Shown piece after piece: positions 38,610 through 47,939 of a stretch of DNA of 64,000 bases (positions within the stretch are counted from its first letter, which is position 1; every line of letters begins with the position of its first letter). The translations under genes were made by a program, and so were the position numbers. Under the pieces are notes generated by a model. That model searched no databases, was not told the origin of the DNA, and saw only the letters and a list, made by a program, of their open reading frames with translations. The DNA is from a virus. Lineage: Duplodnaviria > Caudoviricetes. The stretch lies in IMG/VR virus record IMGVR_UViG_2875882051_000001, positions 1 to 64,000 of that record; one strand, written 5' to 3'.

Positions 38610-39383
38610 CTACAATTCTTCTATTGTTAAAATTTGAGTTACCTTATTATTAGCTCTGCAATAATCACATAAACCACACGCAATTGGATTTTCTTCTCCA
38701 CTTTTAACTTTTATAATGCGCCCGATGTTGTACTCAATTTCCTCAAGCTTTGGTGTGGTGTACCTTTCATCTACTTTAATTATTGCTTTAAGCGGATTAT
38801 CATTCTTTTCTATTGCAACAATGTATGGAATTAAGTCTTTGCCAAATTGTTGTTTAATTAACTCTCTATAAATTGCCATTTGTTCAACGTATCCATAATG
38901 TTCAATGAAAGTTAATCCACCATATTTTTTATGGATCCCTTGAGTTGTTTTTAAATCTGTAAAGAATCCTTTTTCTAAGTTCAGTACATCCACCATTCCA
39001 CGCCACTTGATACCAAATAGCTCACCTTGAATAATCACTTCTTTTTTACCTTGTAAAAATTTCATACAATTTGAATCATCTTCTAATGACTTAACCATTG
39101 TTTCAGCTACTTTGAAAGTTGATTTTAATTCCCCTTTAGTTTTGCCTTGAGTTGAATATAAGCTTGGATTTTCTTTTTTAAAATCATCTAAAGTTCCTTC
39201 ACTCCATGAATGAATATATTTGCCTAATAGGAATGCATCACTTTCACTCTGTTTATATTCCCCTTTTAGCTTTGCCATAGCCATTAATTCACATTGTTTA
39301 AATAATTTGTACTGTGATACTGACATAGTGCTTAAATCGGCTTCTAGGCTGTAATAATTCTCTTTAGTTATCACCATATTCAT
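38610..39383 (-). CDS. PD-(D/E)XK exonuclease (RecE-like)
   Basis: SVSQYK...WRGMVD...TDLKTT...QMAIY; next to RecT. Confidence 0.8.
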   Translation of the reverse strand: MNMVITKENYYSLEADLSTMSVSQYKLFKQCELMAMAKLKGEYKQSESDAFLLGKYIHSWSEGTLDDFKKENPSLYSTQGKTKGELKSTFKVAETMVKSLEDDSNCMKFLQGKKEVIIQGELFGIKWRGMVDVLNLEKGFFTDLKTTQGIHKKYGGLTFIEHYGYVEQMAIYRELIKQQFGKDLIPYIVAIEKNDNPLKAIIKVDERYTTPKLEEIEYNIGRIIKVKSGEENPIACGLCDYCRANNKVTQILTIEEL

Positions 39384-40197
39384 TAACCTCCTCAAATGGA
39401 GTATCTACAAAATCAGTTTGTTTAACAATGTCCTCATTCTCCTCTAATTCTTTTTCAAGATCACTTTTTTCTGTAGCAGCTTCTTTGGGTTTTTCATTTT
39501 CAAATTCCATATCTGAACCTTCTTCCCATGCTTCAAGCTGCTTAATGTTATCAAAGTCAATATTTATATGCTTGCAAAGTCTTCTCAAAACAGTCTTTTT
39601 AGCCATTTCACCAAAGCTCTTTACCCATGCAGCAGAAAACTTCCCATACTTATCCTTTTTGCTCCAATTGTCTCGAATATATTCAACCTCTTCCTTAGAC
39701 ATGGTTTCGTATTCCATTGCACCATCTTCGTAATAAACAACTGCAAAAACTCCTGTAATATCATCATTATTAAATGGTTTTGGCTTAAAGTTTACATATG
39801 GCTTACCATGGTCAACACCTTCTTCAAACTCATCACCATAACGAACTAGCTTTGCATAAATATCTTTAATTTTTTTAGAACTAAACTTCCTAACAAGCTT
39901 GGTTTCGCCTTTGTAATCTGTCATAAATTCCGGTTTGCCCTTGTAGGTAATTACATAGCATTCATTGTTAGCAAAATCTAAATCCAGATATGCTCCACGC
40001 ATTATACATTTAGCAAGGTTAAACTCCTGCCCTTTCATATTTTCTAAGTTAACAGTATTTAAAACCCTTAGAACATTTTGCTTAAACCTAAGTCCATTAA
40101 AACCTTCTGGGAGTGCCTTCTTTTCTATTTCTAACATACTAGTTAATTTCTCATTTAATGCACCTATCACATATGCTTGTATCTGATTATTTGCCAA
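39364..40197 (-). CDS. recT: RecT-family single-strand annealing protein
   Basis: CYVITY...F..DYKGE...WVKSFGEMAKKTVLRRLCK. Confidence 0.88.
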   Translation of the reverse strand: MANNQIQAYVIGALNEKLTSMLEIEKKALPEGFNGLRFKQNVLRVLNTVNLENMKGQEFNLAKCIMRGAYLDLDFANNECYVITYKGKPEFMTDYKGETKLVRKFSSKKIKDIYAKLVRYGDEFEEGVDHGKPYVNFKPKPFNNDDITGVFAVVYYEDGAMEYETMSKEEVEYIRDNWSKKDKYGKFSAAWVKSFGEMAKKTVLRRLCKHINIDFDNIKQLEAWEEGSDMEFENEKPKEAATEKSDLEKELEENEDIVKQTDFVDTPFEEVNEYGDN

Positions 40198-40408
40198 TTA
40201 CATCAGCCTCCTTATTAAAATCTTTAGAGTCAACTTCTCTACCTTCTTTACACATCCAAAAGGAATCATATTTATAACTGTCGCATTTTAATCCTTCAAG
40301 TTCCTCATTATCTTCTTCATAGTCAAAGCTCTTAAGTTCTATCGCAGGAGCTTTACACATTCCATCCTTGTAATTAATGCAAGTTTTCCACTGACATCTA
40401 ACTAACAC
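40187..40408 (-). CDS. Small Cys-containing protein (DUF1540-like)
   Basis: VRCQWKTCINYKDGMCKA..I. Confidence 0.5.
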   Translation of the reverse strand: MLVRCQWKTCINYKDGMCKAPAIELKSFDYEEDNEELEGLKCDSYKYDSFWMCKEGREVDSKDFNKEADVIGK

Positions 40409-40602
40409 TTGAATTCCTCCCTTCTTGTGTTATAATGTTCCTGAGAATATTTATACAATCCATTCGCGCTATCTTGGAATACTTTGGTCGGTTTCCTTGA
40501 TAGCTTTTTTGTTTTTACTGCCACATTGTCCATAGTCATCAGTTGCAATAATAAATTCAGTAATAACAATTTTAGGTTCATCCTTAATGCAGACATAATC
40601 AC
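40402..40602 (-). CDS. Hypothetical protein
   Basis: ORF with RBS AAGGTG in early operon. Confidence 0.45.
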   Translation of the reverse strand: MIMSALRMNLKLLLLNLLLQLMTMDNVAVKTKKLSRKPTKVFQDSANGLYKYSQEHYNTRREEFKC

Positions 40603-40644
40603 CTTCGCCTATATATGTGCATTCATCACAATCTTCACATTTTT

Positions 40645-41085
40645 TCATAGCCTAGACCTCATTTCTACAACAATCAATTCATCCAGTTGCTGACTTATTT
40701 TAATAGTTGTGTCAGACTGTGGTCCATTTACTGAAATACTAATATGCATCCTTTCCCTTAGTTCATCGATAGCTTGTTCAATTAATGATTTGCTTAAATC
40801 ACAAGCTTTGAACTTAACCATAATTCCTTCCCTTTTGACATCTTCTAGCTCCTCAATTTCCAATGTTTCAGCTCTTCTGTAATAAGGTCCATTATTTGCT
40901 TTTATTGATTTTACCTGTACACCTTGCGCCTCTAATCTTTGCTTTAAATCCAATGCACTTGTAATATCCTCTTTTTCAATTTTAGTGAGTAATGCATCAA
41001 CTTCTTTTTCATTTAAGTTTGCTTCAATATCAATGAAGTTTAATCTGTTTACTGTCTCATCAACGTGTAATCTGTATTTTGGCAT
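40645..41085 (-). CDS. Hypothetical domain fused to Spo0E-like aspartyl-phosphate phosphatase domain
   Basis: C-terminal IDELRERM...ISQQLDELI (SQxLD signature); internal RBS+ATG at 40821. Confidence 0.65.
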   Translation of the reverse strand: MPKYRLHVDETVNRLNFIDIEANLNEKEVDALLTKIEKEDITSALDLKQRLEAQGVQVKSIKANNGPYYRRAETLEIEELEDVKREGIMVKFKACDLSKSLIEQAIDELRERMHISISVNGPQSDTTIKISQQLDELIVVEMRSRL

Positions 41086-41104
41086 TTTATAATTCCTCCT
41101 CAAC

Positions 41105-41506
41105 CTATGAATTTTCAACTTCTTTAAATGATACTTGCCCTGAAAGCTCGTCTCTTCTTCTTTGAACTTTTTTCTTAGAAATATTAAGACCTTTATATTT
41201 TTTATTTAACTGGATTTCAATGTTTTTTAATGCTTTTAAATCAGTTGTAGTTTCGATATTAAAATATTTTGAATTTCCGCTATCATCCTTGCAGCTAAAA
41301 CAAGTTCTAACACCTTTATTATCACGGTATGTTGCCATTAAGTTATTGGCTGTCCTTCTTAACGCTTGTTCCCTAAGCTTACGGATATTAAATATATAGT
41401 GTGGTCTTAATAGCTCTACAACGTCATCTGTAGTTATTTCTCCGCCAAGCTCGTCCATCTGTTCTAGTATCTTTTCTTTGGCCTTTTTTTCTAATGCTTC
41501 ACTCAT
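41105..41506 (-). CDS. Hypothetical protein
   Basis: 133-aa ORF coupled to ParB-like gene. Confidence 0.55.
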   Translation of the reverse strand: MSEALEKKAKEKILEQMDELGGEITTDDVVELLRPHYIFNIRKLREQALRRTANNLMATYRDNKGVRTCFSCKDDSGNSKYFNIETTTDLKALKNIEIQLNKKYKGLNISKKKVQRRRDELSGQVSFKEVENS

Positions 41507-41507
41507 A

Positions 41508-42590
41508 TTACTTGCCTCCTTTAAAATAGTTCTGTATCTTAATTAAATTTTGGATAGCTGAATTAATATCTTGTAGCTCTATTTCTACAATATCTGGAGT
41601 ATTGGCTATTGCTCCCCATGCCATTAATGCCTCTATATCTGTACTTAATAATGCAACTTTACTAATTGCATCACGATATTTTTTAGAATGCTTTATACAA
41701 TCATTAAATTGATCCATTGTTAGGTTATTGAAGTCTTCAATTCCAAAAATATGAGCTTCTTTTGGTTTCCTGAATTTATCTAATACAACTGCATTTTCTG
41801 GAAGGTTCTTTTGAATTTCTTCTAACTTCTTCTTTTCTTCATTCTCTTGCTGTTCTTTTTCCAACTGCTCCTGGTACTCTTTTTCATATTCAGCATTCTT
41901 TTTGTCTGCCTCTATAGCTGACTTAGTAAGAACATAAGCACTATTAATTGTTATGTCTCCCTTTTTCACCTGCTGCTTAATTTCTTCTGGAGCTTTTTCT
42001 TCGATAACTTCAACCTTATGAATTGTATCCTCTGAAACTCCTGCTATTTTTGCTATTTCTTTTCTAGTATTTATTGGAGTTATTTCTTTTTCTTTAAGGT
42101 TTGATGATTTCAGCAAACCTTTTTCAAAGTTTTCGTCACTCATTTTTAAATTTTCTTCATTATTCGTTTTTGATGGTTTCATCAAAATGGTATTTTGATG
42201 AAGGTTAGACAATGTTGACATACCTTTTTCAGGTCTACCTTCTGATAATTTTTGATTTTCCTTAGCTCTAGCTTCTATTACTGGCTTAAACTTCAGTGCT
42301 ATTTGTGCTAACTCATATTTAGTTAAATTCCTTCTATTCTTTTGATTCATCCAAATCCATTCCATAGCCTCGAGCCTGTCCTTAAATTCCATTTCAACTA
42401 TATCGAATTGAATATTATTTCTTGTACATATCTCATGTCTGTGATGACCATCTATTAAAATGTTCTTCCATACAGTTAGTGAATTTATGCAACCATTTTT
42501 AATTATGTCTTTTTCAAGCTCTTCTTTTTGTTCCTCCGATAATGGAGGTAGTAAGTCTTTAAACTCATTGTCAATAATTAAACCATTCAT
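41508..42590 (-). CDS. ParB-N domain protein
   Basis: LLPPLSEE..EELEKDI..NG...LIDGHHRHEIC; later HTH (IAKIAGVSEDTIHK). Confidence 0.8.
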   Translation of the reverse strand: MNGLIIDNEFKDLLPPLSEEQKEELEKDIIKNGCINSLTVWKNILIDGHHRHEICTRNNIQFDIVEMEFKDRLEAMEWIWMNQKNRRNLTKYELAQIALKFKPVIEARAKENQKLSEGRPEKGMSTLSNLHQNTILMKPSKTNNEENLKMSDENFEKGLLKSSNLKEKEITPINTRKEIAKIAGVSEDTIHKVEVIEEKAPEEIKQQVKKGDITINSAYVLTKSAIEADKKNAEYEKEYQEQLEKEQQENEEKKKLEEIQKNLPENAVVLDKFRKPKEAHIFGIEDFNNLTMDQFNDCIKHSKKYRDAISKVALLSTDIEALMAWGAIANTPDIVEIELQDINSAIQNLIKIQNYFKGGK

Positions 42591-42706
42591 TTTTATAATT
42601 TCCTCACTTCCTTCTATACTTGAATTTAATATTTACTCTTCGCAGAAAATTACTGGATGTAATTGCTTTGAGTTGTGAGATATGATAAATAAGATTTATT
42701 ATGTTA

Positions 42707-42946
42707 TTAAATTGTTCTATGTTCTTCTGTTATTTTTTCAAGCCATCTATCTAGAGCTCTTTTGTCAATCGCTGTTCTTGTACCAATTTTAAAATAAGGA
42801 AAATCTGTATTTTTCTTATCAACAAGTTCCCTGACTTTTTCATGGCCAATTCCCATATACAAAGCAGCATCTTGAATTGAAAAAGTTATTTTTTTAGGTC
42901 TTTCAGATTTTAAAGTCTCTAATATTTCTCTTAACAATTCTTCCAT
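42707..42946 (-). CDS. Excisionase-like HTH protein
   Basis: FSIQDAALYMGIGHEKVRELV...FPYFKIG...IDKRALDRW. Confidence 0.8.
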   Translation of the reverse strand: MEELLREILETLKSERPKKITFSIQDAALYMGIGHEKVRELVDKKNTDFPYFKIGTRTAIDKRALDRWLEKITEEHRTI

Positions 42947-42985
42947 TTAGTTGTTTCCTCCGAATTTTGCTGCATGATATTCTAT

Positions 42986-43216
42986 TTACTTCTTAATCCT
43001 TTCTTTATCAAGTTCTTCAGATTTTTTCATTAATTCTGACAGCGGTATTCCAAGTCCATTTGCAATCTTTTCTAATGTATCAATAGTTGGATTAGTTTTT
43101 TTTTCATTTACTATTTCGCCTAGAGTGGTTTGAGAAATATTACTCTCTTTAGAGATTCTATATCTAGTTAATCTTTTCTCTTTTGCAAATGCCGCAATTG
43201 CTTGACCTATCGACAT
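42986..43216 (-). CDS. Cro-like XRE repressor
   Basis: HTH ...NPTIDTLEKIANGLG; divergent from CI. Confidence 0.8.
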   Translation of the reverse strand: MSIGQAIAAFAKEKRLTRYRISKESNISQTTLGEIVNEKKTNPTIDTLEKIANGLGIPLSELMKKSEELDKERIKK

Positions 43217-43235
43217 TTTTTTCACTTCCCTTCTT

Positions 43236-43401
43236 CGCATTACTGCGTTGAATAAATATTATTATTTTATCGCAGTAATTTCAAGCGCATTACTGCGATA
43301 AAATTTACCATTATATGAAAATAGCTGTCGCTTTCTGCTTTTTTCTCTAAATATCTTGACATATCTAAGTATTTTAAATATACTAAATTATATCGCAGTA
43401 A
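43236..43401. promoter_or_regulatory. Lysis/lysogeny switch operators and cI promoter
   Basis: 15-bp inverted repeat TTTTATCGCAGTAAT/ATTACTGCGATAAAA (43265-43303), half-sites at 43236-43247 and 43391-43401; TTGACA-17-TATACT at 43356-43384. Confidence 0.8.
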
Positions 43402-43417
43402 AAAGGAGTGATATAAT

Positions 43418-43846
43418 ATGTTTAGTAAAGATAAATTACTTTATGAAATAAATAAAAAAGGTTGGAGCAGGTATAGGCTTTCAAAGGAATCTGGAGTTGC
43501 ACAAACTACATTACGAGATATTTTTGGCGAAAAGCAAGTTACGCCTAGTACTCGAACATTGGAAAAAATAGCATCTGCTTTAGGAATACCTATAAGTCTG
43601 CTTTTTGATGATGAGCCAATCGAGGAAATAAAAAAAGAAAGAGATTATTCTCTTTCAATCAAAGAACAGGAAAATATTGATGATGAAGCAAAAAAAATTA
43701 TTGAGGATCTATCAATTTCATTTTCTAAAGATAAAGATTCTTTGAGCGAAGAAGATTATTTTGCTGTTGAAAACGCCATTAGAACCACATTAGAAGCTAT
43801 AAAAATAAAAAACAAAAAGAAATTTACACCGAAAAAATATAGATAG
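43418..43846 (+). CDS. CI/ImmR-like repressor
   Basis: N-terminal XRE HTH (PSTRTLEKIASALG); upstream of ImmA. Confidence 0.85.
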   Translation: MFSKDKLLYEINKKGWSRYRLSKESGVAQTTLRDIFGEKQVTPSTRTLEKIASALGIPISLLFDDEPIEEIKKERDYSLSIKEQENIDDEAKKIIEDLSISFSKDKDSLSEEDYFAVENAIRTTLEAIKIKNKKKFTPKKYR

Positions 43847-43865
43847 CTTAATTTTTTTTAATTTA

Positions 43866-44306
43866 ATGGTTATGGGGGTGAGCACTTTGAGTATGATTTC
43901 ATACATAAAAGGTGTTGCAGATGGGGTAATTAATGAAAATGATGATCTAGATCCTATTCGCATAGTTAAAAGTTTAAAAAGAGTTGAGTACAATACTCAA
44001 CCGTTGACAAAAAATATAAATGGTTTTTATAAGTATATATCTCCAAACAGACAAATGATTGTTGTCAATGAGAATTTAAGTGTTGAGGATTCATATATGA
44101 CACTATTCCACGAACTATCTCATTACTTTTTGGAACACAAAAACAATCTTCTTTTGAATTCAAGACTAACCATGCATTTAAAAGAGGAATATGAAGCTGA
44201 TTTATGTGCAACCTGTTTATATTTAGCATATATAAAAAAACATAGATGTTGTGATGATATTGTATATCCTAAAAGAGTTTGTGAATTAATACGATATTTG
44301 AAATAG
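43866..44306 (+). CDS. ImmA/IrrE-family metallopeptidase anti-repressor
   Basis: LFHELSHY HEXXH; EYEADLCA. Confidence 0.85.
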   Translation: MVMGVSTLSMISYIKGVADGVINENDDLDPIRIVKSLKRVEYNTQPLTKNINGFYKYISPNRQMIVVNENLSVEDSYMTLFHELSHYFLEHKNNLLLNSRLTMHLKEEYEADLCATCLYLAYIKKHRCCDDIVYPKRVCELIRYLK

Positions 44307-44364
44307 CAAATATCGTATTTTTTTAAATATAAAAAGAACATATATTCGAAGAAAGGGCGATTTT

Positions 44365-45537
44365 ATGGCAAGTAAAACCAATTATACTATGAATGGGAAA
44401 GAATACTTTAGAATTTCTGCAAGTTTTGGCAGAGATGCAAATGGAAAATTAATAAGAAAATATTTTTATGGTAAAAATGAAAAAGATGCTAAAAAAAAGG
44501 TTGAGGAGTACAAAGATAACTTAAAACAAGGGTTAATTGTAGATAAAAACGCTTATTTAAGCCTTACAATGGATACATGGTTGTTTGAGGTAGTAAATAT
44601 ATCTAACAAAGTTAAGCCAACTACATTTGAACGATATGAGGGTATATTCAGAAATTATATTAAAAACTCTTCTATTGCTCCATTACAACTAAAGGATATA
44701 AAATCCTTACAAATTCAAAAATATTATAATGATCTATATGAAAAAGGTAAAACTACAAGTCAAATTTTTAATCTAAATAAATTATTAAAACACTTTTTTA
44801 ATTATGCAGTAAATGAAGGCTATTTATTAAAAAATCCTTGTATAGGTCAAATTGTTATTCCAGGAGAAGTAGAACATAAAGAAAGTGAGGTTGAAGTATT
44901 TACTGATGATGAATTAAAAGCTATTTTAAGTTACCCTAAAGAATCACAAATAAAAGATATAGCAACTATATGTCTTGCTACTGGAATGCGACGTGGTGAA
45001 TGCCTAGCTCTAAAATGGAAGGATTTAAATACTAATACTATGGAAATCTCTATAGACGAAACTGTCTCTACTGTTGCCATTATAAGTAAAGATAGTTCTA
45101 GAGAAAATAAAACCATAATTCAAATTCCTAAAACAAAAGGATCCATAAGAACTATTCCTCTCCCAATAACATTAAAACCTATATTTGATAAAATTAAAAT
45201 CAAACAGAATGAAAATAAATTAAAAATTGGAGAAAGTTATAATAAAGAAAATGAAGGTTATATATTCCTGACTGAAAATGGTAACTTAATCAATAGCAGT
45301 AACTTAAGCAGAAGCTGGAAAAGATATTTGAAGAAAGTCGGTGTAAGATATATAAAACTCCATGCATTAAGACACACATATGCAACTCGTCAGTTTGAAG
45401 CTGGTTTAAAATTAAAAACCGTATCAGTTTTATTAGGTCATAGCAGCACAGAGATAACCTCAAATACTTATACCCATGTGTTAAAGAAAGAAAAAGAAAA
45501 AAGCATTGATATTCTTAATGTGTTAAAAATGTGTTAA
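44365..45537 (+). CDS. int: Prophage 1 tyrosine integrase
   Basis: TGMRRGE, LHALRHTYAT, LLGHS, NTYTHV; adjacent to tRNA fragment. Confidence 0.93.
   Translation: MASKTNYTMNGKEYFRISASFGRDANGKLIRKYFYGKNEKDAKKKVEEYKDNLKQGLIVDKNAYLSLTMDTWLFEVVNISNKVKPTTFERYEGIFRNYIKNSSIAPLQLKDIKSLQIQKYYNDLYEKGKTTSQIFNLNKLLKHFFNYAVNEGYLLKNPCIGQIVIPGEVEHKESEVEVFTDDELKAILSYPKESQIKDIATICLATGMRRGECLALKWKDLNTNTMEISIDETVSTVAIISKDSSRENKTIIQIPKTKGSIRTIPLPITLKPIFDKIKIKQNENKLKIGESYNKENEGYIFLTENGNLINSSNLSRSWKRYLKKVGVRYIKLHALRHTYATRQFEAGLKLKTVSVLLGHSSTEITSNTYTHVLKKEKEKSIDILNVLKMC
45517..45537 (+). repeat. Arm-type direct repeat (prophage 1 side)
   Basis: AATGTGTTAA x2 at 45517 and 45528 (11-bp period). Confidence 0.55.
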
Positions 45538-45591
45538 TACAGCTAAATATTAATTCAAACATTTATACAACTCCAGTAGTATCAACGCTTA

Positions 45592-45631
45592 TGGTGCACT
45601 TGGTGAGATTCGAACTCACGACTTCTGGATT
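45592..45631 (-). tRNA. 3' half of a tRNA (Arg-like, identity uncertain): att site, not a functional tRNA
   Basis: Minus strand AATCCAG-AAGTC-GTGAG-TTCGAAT-CTCAC-CAAGTGC-A-CCA; 5' half absent. Confidence 0.85.
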
Positions 45632-45735
45632 AGTTTTTTTATAATTTATTACGCTTTATATTGGTTTACATTGTTTACAGATCTAGATTCTTAACTTATA
45701 TAATATCTTCTCATATTACATAAATTTATAACTTT

Positions 45736-45754
45736 TGTGGGAAAAGTGTGGGAA
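45736..45754 (+). repeat. Arm-type direct repeat (prophage 2 side)
   Basis: TGTGGGAA x2 at 45736 and 45747 (11-bp period). Confidence 0.55.
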
Positions 45755-45781
45755 CGATAAAATCTATATGTCAAATCCAAT

Positions 45782-46015
45782 CTATATTTTCATTTTTCTA
45801 TAAGGAGCTAATTCTTTTTGTTCTTCTAAGCGTAATTCATCTAATACTTTTCCTAATTCTGCATCAAGTATATTTCTTTCGTCAATAAATGCTTTATGTG
45901 CTAAATTCCAATACTTCCATCTTATTTCTCTTACTTCATTATTTTCAATTCTGCTTATTTCTTCTTGATTTAGTATATCCTTAAATTGATCTTCATAACT
46001 CAAATATTTTTTCAT
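45782..46015 (-). CDS. Hypothetical protein
   Basis: 77-aa ORF with RBS GGAGG. Confidence 0.6.
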   Translation of the reverse strand: MKKYLSYEDQFKDILNQEEISRIENNEVREIRWKYWNLAHKAFIDERNILDAELGKVLDELRLEEQKELAPYRKMKI

Positions 46016-46207
46016 TCATTCTAATTCCTCCATAAATATAATTTTACTATTAACCTTTATGTATCTATCTTTTTAAGAATTTGAAGTTTTATTAAATAAA
46101 TGTTAGTAAAATCTATTTTTATAGTTATAAGTTAGTTATACAAATACTCATATAAATATTAAACTAGCCTAATATTATTTAGAGAATTTACATATACTCT
46201 AGAACTT

Positions 46208-47794
46208 CTATTTACCATACTCTAAATAATCATATATTCTTATCAATCTTCTATAGGCGCTCGCAGTTGATAAATATTTTTTTTCTTCAAATATATCAGG
46301 TATATCGTTTAAAACTTTTTTAAGAAAAATATGCAATTCTTCTTTGTCTATTTCTTCCTCCTTAAGATAGCTTATTTTTAAAATTGCCATTTGAGTATTA
46401 TTATTTTTAATTATTTCACTTATTGATCTTTCATTTAAGTAGCCACTTTTTTGTTTTTCTCTTATATTGTAATTTAATAAATCAGAATATTTTTTAATTT
46501 TTTTATCATTTATCTTACTTGATAATACTCCATCATATTGATTTATGTATTTATAAATTGGCATTTTAGAATTACTTCTAAAAATTTGAGGTAATGCTTT
46601 TTCCACCATGTTTTTTATTATAAAATTCCTATCATCAAATACTATGTCTAAATAAACTTCGTTTGCGTTTAACCCCTCATATCCTGTTTCTGATAATTTG
46701 TCCATTATTCCTACACCAATTAATGCTTCTACCTCATTTAATCTATCATCATCAATATCCATTAATACATTGATTGATTTAGATGGTTTAGATTCTAATA
46801 CAACTTTGTAAATATCATCTTTTAAATTTCTTAATACTCTAGGATTGTATTTTACTCTATTGCTTAAAAGAGCTTCATATACTATCGAAAAATCTTTAAC
46901 TAAAACTCTTGTCATTACTATACTTCTGTCCATTTTATCTATGGAGTAATTCTCAGTATATATCGCATCTTCAAGTCCTTTATTATTCCACTCAATAAAT
47001 ATAAACCTATCTCTTAATTTCTCTAAATTTTTTTTAGATAGACATTTGGTTATCGAAAGCAATATTTCTTTTATATTTGCATCTCCTAAATTATATCCCA
47101 TAAATACAATAGGATGTTCTAAAAATATTGTCATTAGTTTTGCCGCTAAATAAGCATTTTTTTCACTAAATTTATTATAATCCTTATCATTAATAACTAT
47201 GCTGTTAGGGTTTGTACAACATCCATGAATTTTGTATATTTCACTAATTCCTGTTATTGGCGCAAATAGTAATTCTTCTTGACCAATAAATACATTATAC
47301 TTATACTTTTCAAGTATTTTCTCTATAACACAATCATAATTTGTTGTTATGATACCAGCAATGCTTCTATTTCCAACCTTTTCAAGTAACTTAATTTCTT
47401 CAATCATTTCTTCTGAGAATTGATTTTTACTAGCATTGAAGAAATATTCTGAGATTTCAATCTTTAACGGTTCTCCTCCATTTTTAATTAAATCTTCATA
47501 CTTTTTACGACTATCCTCAAATTGTGGCGAATTAAACCAAATTGGTATTAAATCGTTCTGTATTAGTTCAGCTATTTTAGGTTCTACACCATTTTTTAAT
47601 TCATATGTTCTTGCTGTATTTAAATACATCTCATAAGCTAAATCATTTTTGTTACAAATTGCAGCAAAATGTTTTAATAAGCCAATCCAAGTAGGTGATT
47701 TTATATACCTTTGAGATATCCCAGATCCAATAAATAAAAATGGGAGTGATGGTGTTTTCTTTAATTTTTTTTCAATCTCCTCTTTTATGTTCAT
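46208..47794 (-). CDS. Stand-alone SIR2-family protein, putative anti-phage NADase
   Basis: FLFIGSGIS, IITTNYD, IYKIHG, VFMGYNLGDANI. Confidence 0.85.
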   Translation of the reverse strand: MNIKEEIEKKLKKTPSLPFLFIGSGISQRYIKSPTWIGLLKHFAAICNKNDLAYEMYLNTARTYELKNGVEPKIAELIQNDLIPIWFNSPQFEDSRKKYEDLIKNGGEPLKIEISEYFFNASKNQFSEEMIEEIKLLEKVGNRSIAGIITTNYDCVIEKILEKYKYNVFIGQEELLFAPITGISEIYKIHGCCTNPNSIVINDKDYNKFSEKNAYLAAKLMTIFLEHPIVFMGYNLGDANIKEILLSITKCLSKKNLEKLRDRFIFIEWNNKGLEDAIYTENYSIDKMDRSIVMTRVLVKDFSIVYEALLSNRVKYNPRVLRNLKDDIYKVVLESKPSKSINVLMDIDDDRLNEVEALIGVGIMDKLSETGYEGLNANEVYLDIVFDDRNFIIKNMVEKALPQIFRSNSKMPIYKYINQYDGVLSSKINDKKIKKYSDLLNYNIREKQKSGYLNERSISEIIKNNNTQMAILKISYLKEEEIDKEELHIFLKKVLNDIPDIFEEKKYLSTASAYRRLIRIYDYLEYGK

Positions 47795-47939
47795 ATTAAT
47801 CCCTCCACCGGAATCCATTTAATAACAATTAGACTATTTTAATGCTATTATAATATAAACATATCCATTTTCCAACAAATAAAATATTATATGGATTATA
47901 TTATATTTTTAAAAATATAAGTACGCTTCTAGTACGTTT

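Larger units (their letters stand above)
537..45631 (-). mobile_element. Prophage 1, siphovirus-like, nearly complete; left att not seen in window
   Basis: Ordered modules integrase-ImmA-CI/Cro-replication-terminase-portal-capsid-tail-lysis; right end at tRNA 3' fragment 45592-45631. Confidence 0.93.

Noticed and set aside
45592-45631. Functional tRNA gene
   Set aside because: D-arm, anticodon and 5' acceptor strand are missing; it is an att remnant.
46208-47794. Complete Thoeris system
   Set aside because: No TIR gene adjacent and no recognisable SLOG or Macro domain.
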